Shown: positions 1-13,400 of the stretch, piece after piece
Layout of the letters: each line of letters opens with the position of its first letter
Numbering within the stretch: position 1 is the first letter of the stretch
From: Camelus ferus
Lineage: Eukaryota
Direction: 5' to 3'
Length of the DNA: 64,000 nucleotides
Assembly (NCBI RefSeq): GCF_009834535.1
Contig: NC_045696.1
Span: 84,880,001 to 84,944,000, forward strand
Translations under genes and position numbers: made by a program
Notes under the pieces: generated by a model
Seen by the model: the letters and a program-made list of their open reading frames with translations, nothing else
Told to the model about the DNA's origin: nothing
Database searches by the model: none

Positions 1-319
1 CCCTTCACACAAGGTCCCTCACATTCTTGCCAGAGTAAACTTTTGCATAGAAAGTATGAAAATATAACCGTGTCACTTAATGCTCAGGTCTTTTTGTTTT
101 TTCAACAGCATTCTCCCTTTTTCAAAATCAGTCATGTACAAATACTAGTTATGTGTGTATGTTTTTAACAAAAAAATGCAGAGGTTGTTTAAATTGAAAA
201 GTGAATCCTAAAACTGCACCTGTTCATCCTTTTTCTCACACAAGCTAGAGGTCCTGAGAGGCTGCTGTGGAATAATTGGATTCTATGTAGCATAATTTGA
301 AAACCACTCTTTATACTGA

Positions 320-790
320 TTTGAAATCCGAGCTTTGAGAGCTATAAAAGGACTTTCCTAATCTTACTCCAGGAATATGTACTATTTCATTCCTGCCACT
401 TCTCCACATAAGCCTCTGTCGCAGCCATGCATAAACGGTTCTATTTTCCAAAACATGCCACAGTGTTGTACATCTCCTTGCCTCTATAAATGCTCACCTT
501 CTGCCTGAAATGTAATTTTCTCCCTTGTCCTTCTATCTTGGTTCCTTTAATACTCAGTGCAAATGTCTGATGAACCTCCCTAGTGTATGTGGGAAAGTCG
601 AGTTTACTTCTCTTCACTCCCTGTCCATGATTATAATTTTAGCATTTACTATGTTTTGTTTCCATCTTTATCTTTACTGATATTCTAGATCTCCTGAAAG
701 AATTCGTTCTAATTATCTCTGTGTTTTCAGCATCTGGTAGAGCTCCAGATACTTAATAAGACTTAATAAATGCCTAATAAATCAAGTAAA
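320..790 (+). mobile_element. LINE L2 3' portion (probably continuing from 1-90, interrupted by a hAT-like MITE at ~105-310)
   Basis: Degenerate L2 3' end ('ctagatctcctgaaagaattcg...tctctgtgttttcagcatctgg...ttaataaatgcc'); by-eye similarity to the L2 consensus. Confidence 0.6.
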
Positions 791-904
791 TTTTGATTTT
801 AAAAGGCAATATGGTTTAATTTAAAGGCATTCTCTTTATTGTTAATTTATTCAATCTTATATAGTCTATAAAAGAATGGATATACCTAACTAACAATATA
901 CACA

Positions 905-1130
905 AATCAAAAATACTGAGCACTGACTCTACGCCAGGCATTCTGATGTGCATTTTATGTATATTAGGATGTTTAATTTGCTCCACACATTATAAGGTAG
1001 GTACAGCTAGTAACCACAGAGAAACCTGAGGTCCCTGAGGCTATCTAAATTACCCAAGACCACGCAGGTAGAAAATGACATAGTTAGTATTTAAGCATAT
1101 CTTGTCAAATTACTGAACGTGATTTCACCA
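905..1130 (-). mobile_element. MIR SINE
   Basis: 'tactgagcactgactctacgccaggc...gaaacctgaggtccctgaggctatctaaattacccaagaccacgcag' resembles the reverse MIR core. Confidence 0.7.
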
Positions 1131-1404
1131 GCCCTGTCTACTCTAAATCAGAGTACTGAATTTATGGCAGGCTGCAGATGCTTGATGTTGTTTATTTCAA
1201 CAAAGAATCAAAGTAAAAGCAATTTATCAAACTACATTAACATTTATTTGCTAGGTTTGTCCATTTTATCCCTGTTTATAACAAATTATAGCCAGTGCTT
1301 TCATCAGTTGGGAATTTTGTCTGCAGTAAATAGGGAGCACACAGTTATGGAACTTGTACCTTGATGATGTCAGTTACAGTATCTTCCTGATTCCTCTCAC
1401 CTAA

Positions 1405-1610
1405 TTTTCTCCTTCCCGATAGCAAAATGATTGTCTAGCTTAAGACATTAAATCGATGCTCAGGGTAGAGTGAAGGAAAAAGGGGCAATGATAGTCAAGT
1501 CTATTTCTTTTATCAGAAAAAGCAGAACATTTCCCAGAATTCTTACTTAAACTTCTGCTTTCACCTTATTGACCAGAGCTGAGTCACGTGGCATCCAACT
1601 TATTGTGAGT
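1405..1610 (-). mobile_element. MaLR LTR fragment (MLT1J-like)
   Basis: 'tttcccagaa...acttctgctttcaccttattgaccagagctgagtcacgtggc' resembles the reverse MLT1J-family core. Confidence 0.55.
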
Positions 1611-3293
1611 TTAAGCAGGCTTTCTGCATTTTCTGTATTTGTTGGTTCAGTTCATCTGCCTTTTTATTTTCCTGGAGCACCATCCTTTTAGGACTCTGGC
1701 GCCTCAAATAATGAATGCATTCCGTAGAAACTCCTCAGACTTCTTTTACGATACCTAAAGTAACTTGAGAGATTTTTAACTTGTGTGTAAAGATTCCTTT
1801 CTACAGTAGTTTCTACTTCCCCTTAGTTGCCTTAAGAGTAACCGTGACTAACGTGTATACAAACACCTTATTTATCTTGAGATTTGGTAGCAGTAACCTC
1901 ACAATACAGGCAAGAACTCCAAAATAGAAGGTTATTTTTAACTTCAGAGAAAGCTAATAGAATACCTACCTATTCATTAAAAATGTAGCCTCTTTGTGAT
2001 TGTAGAAATTACTTTCAACACCACATGGAGAGATTCTAAGTAGATGTATGTACAATACCAGTCATGAGTTTTATTTGAATTCCAAGTATTGAACATTGTA
2101 GAGGCAGAATATTGGGGGAAAAAGGCCAATTAGAAATAAGCCTTTAATAAAATAAGTAATCTCTGATAAGAAGAGATTACTATCACAGAAGCTAGAACAG
2201 TGCTAATTCGCAAATAGAAATAAGTAAGCAGGTACAAGAATTTAAAAATATACTAAAATTGATTCTAGTCTTTTGTACTATAAAACACACACACATTCCA
2301 GCAAAGTATTTTAGGCAATGTTCATTAAAATAATATAATCACCAAATAAAAGTCAATTGCATATTCAGAGTACTTTGGAAAAAATCATAAAAATATTTAG
2401 CATTTTAGGAAGATTTTCATAAAAATACTTGATAATAATATTTGACTTCAGAGGTTAAAAATGATTAAAATTTCATTTCACAGAAAATTGGCTTTATAAG
2501 ATACTTTTTTTCTTGGGATGACAGACACTGTGACACTATTGATGATAACTTGTAAACTCTCAGTTCTCAAAGGAACTCATAGTAAATGCATAATGTATAA
2601 TTCCTTATCTGATGTTACTAAAAAAGAATAAGACTTATAAAGCAAAGGCATAATAAATGGATTTTAGTTACAGAAATCATGCAGTTTTTTATTTGGTAAT
2701 ACGGCAGAAATTTTCAAGTTTTATCAAGTAATCTGTTATTATAAATCCAATGTTAGTATTTTAAAATGTAACATCCTACATAATGCATATTTGGTTTTAT
2801 ATTAATAATTAACTATCATGGTCATTTAATTAATTTATATCATTAGAATTTAAATACAGCAAGTATTATAAAAATATTAAATTTATCTGAAATACTTAAT
2901 GACTTAAAAGTCATTAGTATAAACTTCAATTTTTATAATAGCTTTGATGACTCACATTTGAAAGTGACTAAAAAAAAATGTCCTTGTTTTTTTCCAATAT
3001 CTTTGCAACAGTATGTGTATCTACTATCTAGGAAAAATTTCAAATAATAAATGTTTTGTTTACTCTGGACAAAGTCAAAATGAAATATGTTATATGTTAT
3101 CCACTACAAAAATGGATCTCGGCCTCCAGTAAGATATACTGTTTTTATTTTATTTTTATTGTACTTTTAAAAAAGAGTAGTTTTTTACTTACAATCCATT
3201 ACCTCTAGGTTCAAACACCAAAGAACAAGCTAAGTAACCTTCTCATTTTGAAATATGGTAAAATAACTTAAGAATACCAGTATTTGCCCAATA

Positions 3294-3421
3294 CAGGCAT
3301 AACTCCTGTATTGTGGCTTCGGTTCCAGACCACTGTAATAAATGGAATATCACAATAAAGTGAGTCATACAAATTTTTTGATTTCCAGGTACATAGAAAA
3401 ATTATGTTTACACCATACTGC
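3294..3421 (-). mobile_element. Tigger1 (TcMar) terminal fragment
   Basis: TA followed by 'caggcataactcc...ggttccagaccactgtaataaatggaatatcacaataaagtgagtcatac', matching the Tigger1 terminus. Confidence 0.8.
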
Positions 3422-5369
3422 TATTACCTGAGAATTTCTGTGATCCTTCTAACCTTTTTCATGCTACCTGAAAGTAGAGATTCTCCCTATTTAGAAATGA
3501 CTTCATAACTGTCATGGAGCTCAAAGTAAAGAGAGTTTTTTGTGTGTCACTTTTTCCACTTGTCTTTGTTTTTCCACTTACCAGCATCAATAGAGGACTT
3601 CACTTTCTTCTAAATCTTTGAAATAGTTTTTCTGTTCAATCTATGCATTTTCTTCCCCATCCTAGTTTAATTAATGATTGAGAGCTGCGCCTTTAACTGT
3701 CATCATCTTTAGCTGATGTGCACAAAAAATTACTTAATACTTGGAAATGAAGTAAATGATGATTGTGAGACTTTTTAATATCGTGCTAGATCATGTCCTA
3801 ATAAGCCTCTCTTACAGCCATCTGTCTCTCTTGTGGAATTTAACTTCATTGGAATAACTTCACGTTTAATTGGGATTATGCTGTTTTACAAAGTGTGTAG
3901 CTTCAGATTAACTTTGCAGAAAAGTGCAAGGTGCGATTTTTTTTTTTCTTTCCCATAGGGAATATGAACTCAACAGTTACAGTCCAGTTACCCTAGAGAC
4001 CATTAACCAGTTTGTTCACAACTTAGTAATTGTATCTTGTTACTTTTCCTAGTTAACTGTATGCATCTTTGCATTTCAAAAAAATTTTAGAACATCTCAT
4101 GTTACTCTGTTGAGATAATCACTTAATAAATTAAATGAATCTTTAACATGTACTCAGTATTTGTGTGGGAATTAGGTTGTATTAATTTGAGAAATGTGCT
4201 TTTAGACAGCTTTTGCAATATAGAGTGTGTTTAATAGGAGATTATGTTAAGTAGGATAAAAATAGAGCTGGAGTCCTTCAGGCCATTGGAATAATTCCTT
4301 CAATGACCACACTCTATGCATCTCAAATTTGAAATACAATTCCTTTGATTTTTTTCTATCAAATTGGCCTGAAATCTCCCTGAAGTCTACCTTAGAGATT
4401 CAGTTCTGATATAATATCTATTTTCACAACTCATCTATGCAAAACTTCTTAACAATAATGTTCGAAGCCACTTCATTCTCTTTCCTTCCTTCATTTTATT
4501 TTGTCCTTAAGTTCTGTGTTTTGGGGACCTTGGCCATATGAGAATTTGTAAAATCCACTAAATGAATTTTAGAAACTTAAGTCATGTGATTCTCTTTCTC
4601 TAAAATATCAAAACAAAGAAAATAGCATTCTACCTTTAATCATAGTAAGTATATAAAAATACCATGTTGGATAAAATTGATCTAAATTTCTCTGAAAGCA
4701 ACTCTTAAACACTTTTATGGAACAGAGTAGAAGTCTCCTTCTTCGATAAAAACTTCCAAAGATAAGAAATAAACTACCTTCTCACCAATCTTAAGTTTCT
4801 TTATAATATCCTATCGTGTGATCTATTATTCATGGCTTTTTCTGTCCCTTGTTAAATTCATTTTTATGAAGAGCTTCAATATACCTTGTGAAAGTTGTAA
4901 TTCACAAAATAAATTAAGATTTATTTTCCTTGACTTCTAAAGATGCACCAACCTGTGTTTATCTCATGAGATGTACTGATTAAACTCTCACACAGTCAGG
5001 ACATAGGTTAATCTTTCCTTTTCTTGGATCTAATGATTAATAGGCACTGGATTAATCTACTTCTGGATAAACACAGCGATAATTTCATGTATAGTGAAAA
5101 CCAAAGAAGTCTTCCTACATTAGTACTCTTATTTTAGCAGTGTTTCTCTGAGTTTTTCCCAATTCTGTTATGACTTCTTTAAGAAGATATCTAGGACTCC
5201 ATATTCAAAGTGAATTGACAATAGTACTTTGTATCATAACATTTTGTTTTCTTGTAATAAGGTTATAGCATAATGACCTAAAATCAAAATTTTATGTCAA
5301 ACAAGGATTTAGTCATAAAAATTAAAACAGAAATATAAGGAAAGACTATTGCCTGTGCTGTAATAAATT

Positions 5370-5680
5370 AAGATAGTAGGTTGCGCCTACTATCTAATAG
5401 AACTGCATCAGTCACTAGAGATATGAAGACATATGACATGTTTTCTATTCTTAAGACACATACTGGAGCAGGCTTATGAAAGAGCAGATCATTTTTAGAG
5501 GTCACAGTATATGCAATGATAAAAAACAAAGCAAGCAAAATAAATGCACTGAAACTGACTGGAGAGGAGATGCAGTTCAGCCTAGGGGTAGCAAGGTAGG
5601 CTTCCTGGGGCAGGTGGGCATTTAGCTGAAGCACAGAGAGCAGTTCTGGGGAGCAAGAATGTCCTAAAAACCAGCAGGCA
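5370..5680 (-). mobile_element. LINE L2 fragment
   Basis: 'gcgcctactat...ggtaggcttcctggggcaggtgggcatttagctgaag' resembles the reverse L2 3' region. Confidence 0.6.
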
Positions 5681-5685
5681 TTTGT

Positions 5686-5920
5686 AATAACAGCTGTCAT
5701 TATCTGAGTACTGACCACATGTCCCTGTGTGCCACATTAATTCAATATTTATATAACCTCATTTAATTTTTACGGTGATCTGAAAAGGGGGGACAATTAT
5801 TCATATTTTAAAGGAAAAAAGAGGTAAGATTAAATAACTTTTTAAAGACAACTCTGCATGTAAACGATGTCTCTGAGAATTGAACTAAAACTATCAGACT
5901 GTAATGATTTTGTTCATTAG
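5686..5920 (-). mobile_element. MIR SINE
   Basis: 'tatctgagtactgaccacatg...ctcatttaattttt...gaggtaagattaaataact' follows the reverse MIR pattern. Confidence 0.6.
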
Positions 5921-8096
5921 GACTTGGTTCAATTTCATTATTTATGAATTTATTTATTTATTTCACATTTGCTTATTATTTTCTATATCATAGCCACCAA
6001 CCCTTCAGTTGTAGAGAAATGACGGCAAATATGTTGGAGGCATTTCCTGCAAGGAACTTGTTAGCATGGCTCATTCTGTCATTGTATTGCCTTCCCATTT
6101 TGAACAACTGGAGAAGCCAATTCAGTTAAAAAAAAATGTTCAGTTTTCAAAATGCAAAACAGGTACACTTAAGTCCATCACAATTAATAATTTGAGGATA
6201 TACTGAACTATTACTTTGTGTGATTTTAATAACCTCTCATAACCTTGTTCATAAATCATTTCTTTACATAACATTTAAATCATTCTTTTATTTTCTCCTC
6301 TTTTATTTTGAAATTCTTGGCAGGCCCCATCGTACATACAGCTTTCATATCTGGCATATAAACTAACATCAAAAAACATCATTGATGCTACTTTGAAGGT
6401 AATTTTATCATTCCTGTGAATAGCCTTTCCAATCCATTAACAGTTTGCTTGCATTATTGCATTTTTAAAATTCAGTATAGATGGTTATTATTTGCTTGCT
6501 TCAAGGCTCCCATACTTGATTGCCCCCATTCAATAGTAATGTATGTAACGTGAAAGTTTTCAACTCATTTCTCCTGTTGTTATGATGTGATTCCACACAC
6601 ATTGGTAAAACAAAGTTTAGGGCTATGGTTTGCCTTAAGGGTCCAGTTATTTTAAATTATGCAAGTGGACAAAGCCAACTTGTATAGTGCTGAGACACCA
6701 CATATTTGACTTCTCCCAGAAGACAGGCTTTTCCTGTGATCACTTGGAAACAGAAAGGGGCCAACATAAATAACATAGAATCCTGGGAAAATGACACACT
6801 CCTAGAACTATATATAACTATATGTGTAAATTCTGATTTATATTATTCTTGGTGTAGAGCTCTGAGTTGTTTTTTCTTTTTGTTTTATCTCCTTTCTTTT
6901 TCTTTTTTCTTTTTAACAAAGTAACTCACATTTTGATGGCCTCATTATTTCCTTTAATTCATGAAGAGAGAGCTACTCAGCCTCAGTAGCCCTATGAGAC
7001 ACACTTCTTCATTATAGGCCCTCTTATAAGCAGTTGATCTCAGGAGCCAACTGGAGCAATGTTTTCAAGTACATTTTCATAATATATATTTCGAGGAACT
7101 ACAAATAATGACTCACATTCTCTTTTAGATCACTTCCTCAAAACACTTCCTTTTCTCCCTTCTTATAAGCGATCCTCAATATGAAAGACATATCTGTGCA
7201 CTGGAAAAAAGTGAGATCATAACAGTTTTGAACCATAGAAAATATTCTTAAATGTGTTTTGTTTAAAGGTGACTCCTCTGAGCAGCAATCATCAAAACTT
7301 AATTATATATCTGCAAGCCTATTTGCTCTCTGCAGGCCTATTTGCACTAGCCATAAAGTATATTTTTCAGTAATATATATTGTATCTAACATATAATATC
7401 CTTTCAAACTATTTTCATGATAAGGAAAAAATAAAATACTTAAAATTGCATGAAGCCTAAAAATATTTAGTAGAGTAACATATAATACAATGATTTGAAT
7501 GTTACAGTAGTTATGGGATTTGAGAAACAAATTGTTTAATTATCATTTGATTGGACTTGAATGTTTGGCTTCTGACTTTTATAAGATGAGTATATTTGAA
7601 ATATTTGTTTTTAGTCATCTGTGCAATTAAACTTTGATTCTTGTAAACATTTGATAGGTAAATATTTAGATTTGAACTATCCTGGAAAATATTGCTATAT
7701 TAATAATGCCTTTCAAATCTTTAAGGAGCTTATTTAGTTACATACAAAAGGATCATTAAAATTGTTCAGTTTATCCCAGTTTTACACAGATTTATACACC
7801 ATAAAAAAGGTAATGAAAATAACAAAAGTAATAATCAGTCAAAATAGTTTTTCACATCAGACAAGTAGAGGAGTAAAACTTAAAAAAAAATTCTGAAATT
7901 ATTAGGCTTAATGTAACTCTATATTAAATGAAATAGATAATAAAATGCCAAGAATAGTTCATGCTACAGAGTAGATTGTTAATATTTGTTGATCAGATTC
8001 CTTTTTGTAAAAATTACATATATATAGATTTACACATATGTAATATGTATACGCATATTACATTCAAGAAGTTATTTTTGTTTAAAAGATAACCAT

Positions 8097-8667
8097 CCTG
8101 TATTTACGCTTTGTTTTTGTTTGTTTGTTTTTGTTTTTGTTTTTTAGATTCCACATATGAGCGATCTCATATGGTATTTTTCTTTCTCTTTCTGGCTTAC
8201 TTCACTTAGAATGACATTCTCCAGGAGCATCCATGTTGCTGCAAATGGCATTATGTTGTCAGTTTTTATGGCTGAGTAGTATTCCATTGTATAAATATAC
8301 CACTTCTTCTTTATCCAGTCACCTGTTGAGGGACATTTAGGCTGTTTCCATGTTTTGGCTATTGTAAATAGTGCTGCTATGAACATTGGGGTGCAGGTGT
8401 CATCCTGAAGTAGATTTCCTTCTGGATACAAGCCCAGGAGTGGGATTCCTGGGTCATATGGTAAGTCTATTCCTAGTCTTTTGAGGAATCTCCACACTGT
8501 TTTCCATAGTGGCTGCACCAAACTGCATTCCCACCAACAGTGTAGGAGGGTTCCCCTTTCTCCACAGCCTCTCCAGCATTTGTCATTTGTAGATTTTTGA
8601 ATGACGGCCATTCTGACTGGTGTGAGGTGATACCTCATTATAAATCAATAAAAAATGTTAAAAAAAA
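8097..8667. mobile_element. Young 5'-inverted LINE-1 insertion (inverted ORF2 end plus forward 3' tail and poly(A)) with 13-bp TSD
   Basis: AAAAGATAACCAT occurs at 8084-8096 and 8668-8680; the left copy follows TT (TT/AAAA endonuclease site); 8097-8639 is L1 on the minus strand; 8640-8667 is AATAAA plus poly(A) on the plus strand. Confidence 0.92.
8144..8638 (-). pseudogene. LINE-1 ORF2p C-terminal fragment (164 uninterrupted codons ending at the natural stop)
   Basis: CX3CX7HX4C knuckle ([18 protein letters not shown]), plus [20 protein letters not shown] and [13 protein letters not shown], all canonical L1 ORF2 C-terminal motifs. Confidence 0.95.
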
Positions 8668-10099
8668 AAAAGATAACCATAAGTATAAATGGAAAAATGT
8701 ATATCCATAAAACCTTTATCTACCTATGGTGAAGTTTTATGGGTATATACATGTTCATTTATACTTATGTTTATCTTTTAAATGAAAATAATTTCTTAAT
8801 TATTATTTATGGCCTAAATGAAATATGTGTGAATACACTTAGTACTATTTTTTAAACAATTTTGAACAGTCTGAAAAGACTACTATTTATTCATTTCTTA
8901 GTTACAGACTATCATATGAATTGACAAAATATAGCAAAATAGGAATTTGTTTCTGTTCTTTTTAAAAAAAATATTCATTACAGAGAAGTAATTGAATAGC
9001 ATCAAAAAAAACCCTTTTAGTCAAATAATAAAGAATAATTCGATATTGCTACTGGAAATAGAAGCCAACTAATCTTCTCAGTTTCATTGCAACATTCATC
9101 CTGTCAGCAATTAGAGAAGCCATTTCACCAGCTTGAAAGATGTGGGGAATGCTAAACTTTTAGAAATTTAGTATCAGATAATTCATTTACTTGAGTCTTT
9201 TTTAGGAAAAACATAAATCATTTGCACTAAGATTTTATTTTTACTGAAGTGTATGGATATGACTCCAGATATTATTGCAATAAATTGACAGCATTGATGG
9301 CAAAGAAAATTGGTTAGGATTCTATGTCAAGAAAAAGACTAATTTTCATACATAAATTTTGTTATAAACACCTGAGTGAGGCAGAGCATCAGTGTGTACC
9401 TTGAAAACAGTACATAAGGTCTTTTGAAATGTATCAGTTCTTTTCATATTATCTCATGCATCTACATGGTTTTATTTGTTGTAAATTAGAACTCATTTGA
9501 TAGTCACTTTTAAAATTTTAAGTAAATAACTCATCTCTAAAAGTAAGTCAACATGATAGATACTAAAATTTTTTGAAGACATTTTGATGCCATTAGGAAA
9601 TAGAATAGGATATCTAAAGGTGAAATGTGTCATACTTTGTATGACTTATATGTCAGGTAAACCCTATTATTTATAAGCTACAGAGATATTATACTAATGA
9701 GACACCGAAAGGTAAAACTTTAAGGTAACACTTTTACCTATGGATAAATGCACACATTCCTGGACAGCAGAGCTGGTGACTAGGGCTGACTCTGGACCCC
9801 CGTGAATTAATTGCCAGCTTGTTCTGGAATTATTCATTGCCAAAACCAAGAAGCAAAACAAGACAACAATGCTTTCAACAAAGATTAAATTCATGGTTAG
9901 AAAATGGAATGAGCACCAGAATCCAATTGTTACAAAGCATACAAATCGATGTGATAGTCAGACTATCAAAATGTAGCAATTCAAAATATTTTAGTGGTAC
10001 AACCAGTGAGTGACCAGGGCAAAATTGCCCAGAAAGTTTGTAATATAAACTCAAAAAAGGAAGAACACAATATGTTGCCATTTTGAAGATAACCAATCA

Positions 10100-10402
10100 G
10101 AATCTTTAAAAAGGAACACAAATGAACTTATCTACAAAACAGAAACAGGCTCACAGACATAGAGAACAAACTTATGATTAATAGGGGGTAAAGAGAGTGG
10201 GAAGAGATAAACTGGGAATTTAAAAATTGCACCTCTTGGGGAGTCATGGATATGGTAGCTATCTTGATTGTGGTAGTGGTTTCATTGGTGTAAATATCTA
10301 TCAAAATTCATCAAATTTTATATTTGAAATATATGTAGTTTACTGTACAGTAATCATACCACAATGAAGGTGTAAATAAACAAATAAATAAATAAATAAA
10401 TG
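10100..10402 (+). mobile_element. LINE-1 3'UTR fragment(s) with (AAAT)n tail
   Basis: 'cacaaatgaacttatctacaaaacagaaacaggctcacagacatagagaacaaac' (cetartiodactyl-type L1 3'UTR), then 'atggatatgg...atcttgattgtggt...' (L1MB/MC-type end), then AAAT repeats. Confidence 0.8.
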
Positions 10403-13400
10403 TGGCCTTACACTGAAAAAAAAAAGAATGTTATATGACAGTGTATAGACTAGAAATGGATCAGTGATTTATCACTGAGCATTCTACATTGACAGGTAGA
10501 TTAAATAAACAACACGTCACAAATTGGGGTTGGCCATTGCAAAAGGAAACCCGCTAACTGAATTTGAAATTGATACTATCAACATGAAGTTTCAGAATTG
10601 GAATTTAACCACATAACAAATGGAGAGGCCTCTGCCAGTGCAGAAACAGAAAGCATACATTAAAATGAAGAAGAAAGTTGAATAAAGTAGGAGCTAAGAG
10701 CAACTAATGAAAACCATGAGTATTTGGTTGCACATCCTTTCCACTAAGCAGACAACTTTAAAATACCAGCTACGGTCTTAAAAGTGTAAGGCCAGCATCA
10801 TAATGTCATATATTTGAATTCCAGGGATAATTTAAACTTCTTGTCTAAATCCTGAACAAATATTATATACCAGAGAAAGATACCTTAGTATTTTCATAAT
10901 TGCTGTTTGTATTTTAGGTGAAAAATTACTTGAAAGATTCTGCTATTAGCAAAGAACAAATAATTCGAGATCTGTTATAAAAGAAATCTTATAAGTAGTC
11001 TGACTTACTTCATATGTGAGCCTTAATTATACTGGGTAGATAAATTGTTTAATGTATGGCTAAAATGTTTTAAAAATGCTTGGTGAAACTGAACAGTGTG
11101 CTGCAGTGTCTCATAATGGCAAATTGTTATTTTAATTTAACATACGAATTTAATAAAGAAAATAAAGAAATGGAGTATAAAGATTTATAATTACTTTCTA
11201 AACTAATTATTACAAGATACATTAGAAAAAGAAAATTAGATGAATGTAATTTTTAAATGTTTACTATCTATTTATAACAATATTAAACATAATCAGAACA
11301 ACACAGAGTAAAATCTAAACTGACTGAATTCCTTGTTTTAACATCAATACATTAATTATGCCTCAACTTTAACTTTTATAGAGACATATAAATGCATGTA
11401 TTTACTTTAGGTGCTATGCTCTAATAAAACTGAGTAAAAAATTGCAAAATGATGGGTCTATATTGAGAAATGTAAAGTCAAGTAGTAATCAAATGTGAAG
11501 AATTTATGGCATACTCTTTTGTGAAGTCACTAATTATTATAATAAATCAAGAGGACTTTGCTTTTTGTTCTAGTAAGAGAGGTAAAACAATTATATAACT
11601 CTGAAACCATTGCATTAGTATATATTTATTTTAAATTGGGATAAATAAAGATGTCCGACATTTTAATAGTTGGAGATATTTTTAATGGGCAGAATACTTA
11701 AAATAACCCAATATATAGCTAGGTAATTTTGACTCTAATGTAAGTTTTTATATGAATCTGCTCAGTAGGGATGATATGCTTATGAGTTCATCTGAATTCA
11801 TAAAAACACATGATACTCTTAGTTGAAGTGTGGAAATGAAGATGTGAACAGAGAATTTAAATAATTTTCTCATAATTAAAAAGTAATGCTTTATAAAAAT
11901 ATTCATGTTACTTAGATTATTTATATTTATTAAAGACAATATATATTGCATGCATTTTTTCCCATTTGTTGTTACCATGGAAGAAATATATTGTAAAAAT
12001 CTTGGTTTGTGACTTTTTTGTCTTCTATCATTGGGTTATAGGATACTATTTCCTATTTATGAGAAAATTATAAAAGGTAATTCAGAATGTGACCCATAAT
12101 CCAATAGAACATAATTAATTTTCAGAGTGATTTTCTTTATTCCTCCCACCGAAGTCTATCTGCAGACATCATGGATAAACCACAAAATGCCTTTGTGGAA
12201 CATAAGTACTTACTTAAACATGAAATTTTAGCTGAGGTTCACATAGAAATTAAATATTAAAACAAAGACTTCACCACACAGTGAAATACAAGTTTTCACA
12301 GTACTTTTAAAAATATACCTTTTGCTTTGCTTAGAAATACTTCCAATAAGAATATAAGGGTTGTGGTGTAGTATTTTAATCTCTCCTCCCAAACCCCTCA
12401 CATGAAAGCAGAAATAAAGATGATCTATTAGCTTGACTTTAGGCTTAAAAAATCAGGTAAATAACAGGTAGATCTGATATCCCATTTCAAACTGGAGCTC
12501 CTTTGGAACTTCACACTTTTCTTGAAATTCAAATCTTCATAAAGCCTGTTCCCAATAACTATAGAGTCCAGAAAAAATACAGAAGAATTTGCTAAGACAG
12601 AGGTAGGAACTTAAATTTAAGCAATATTTAGAAATTATGATCAATCGAAAATCTTCATTGAATTTGTGGTAAGTCTGTGCTATCTATCATGTGAAATCTT
12701 GTAAAGCAAAAAGGTAAAATAAATACATTGCTGGTTGTCCAGGGTTCAGAAATCACTACCATTTATTCAAATCAAGAAAAAATGAGAAAATAAAGGTTTT
12801 CATGGAAGCAGAAGTGGTTTGCTGCTGGGAGGTGAGAAAACCATGTACAGTAAACTAGGGAGAAAACAAATATTCCTTGGTGGAATTAGACGTCAGGGCC
12901 ATTACTACACATGGACCTGAGGAATCTGACTGGGTGCACCAGCAAGGAATTACAGAATACCACTCACCAATGAAAATTATTTTCTATCTGATGAGATATC
13001 ATCTTCTATTGACAATAATGCTTTGGAAAAAATCCTCAGAGAGTGACAGGACGAACTGGAAATCAAGGAGAGACATTGAAAACGAGCATGGGAGATAAAC
13101 TGAAAAGGACATGTCACAAGCCAGGGAGGAAAAGGGAAACAAAATTTTAAATTATATTTAGATTATTGATTCTATAGAGAAAAATAAAAACATAATTTTG
13201 TATTTCTCAAAAATCTGTGGAGTAAATAGATCCTTACTTTATCCTAAATTTGAGATTGGAAATAATAACACTAACAGAGTATACTCATTAGCACAATTTA
13301 ATTTGCATCAAATTAGTGTTTTGTAGGGGCAGAGTTTCAGGAAAGAGTTCTTTTCTTAATTCTGCTACTTGATGTTACACCAGAATTAAGAAAGCCAGGT

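Noticed and set aside
3930..4030. Strong acceptor (T-run...cccatag) followed by a short open frame (EYELNSYSPVTLETINQF)
   Set aside because: No credible downstream donor and no recognised homology.
9694..10096. Overlapping ORFs with a downstream CCA|GTGAGT donor
   Set aside because: The acceptor lacks a pyrimidine tract, the start is MIR-like, and there is no homology.
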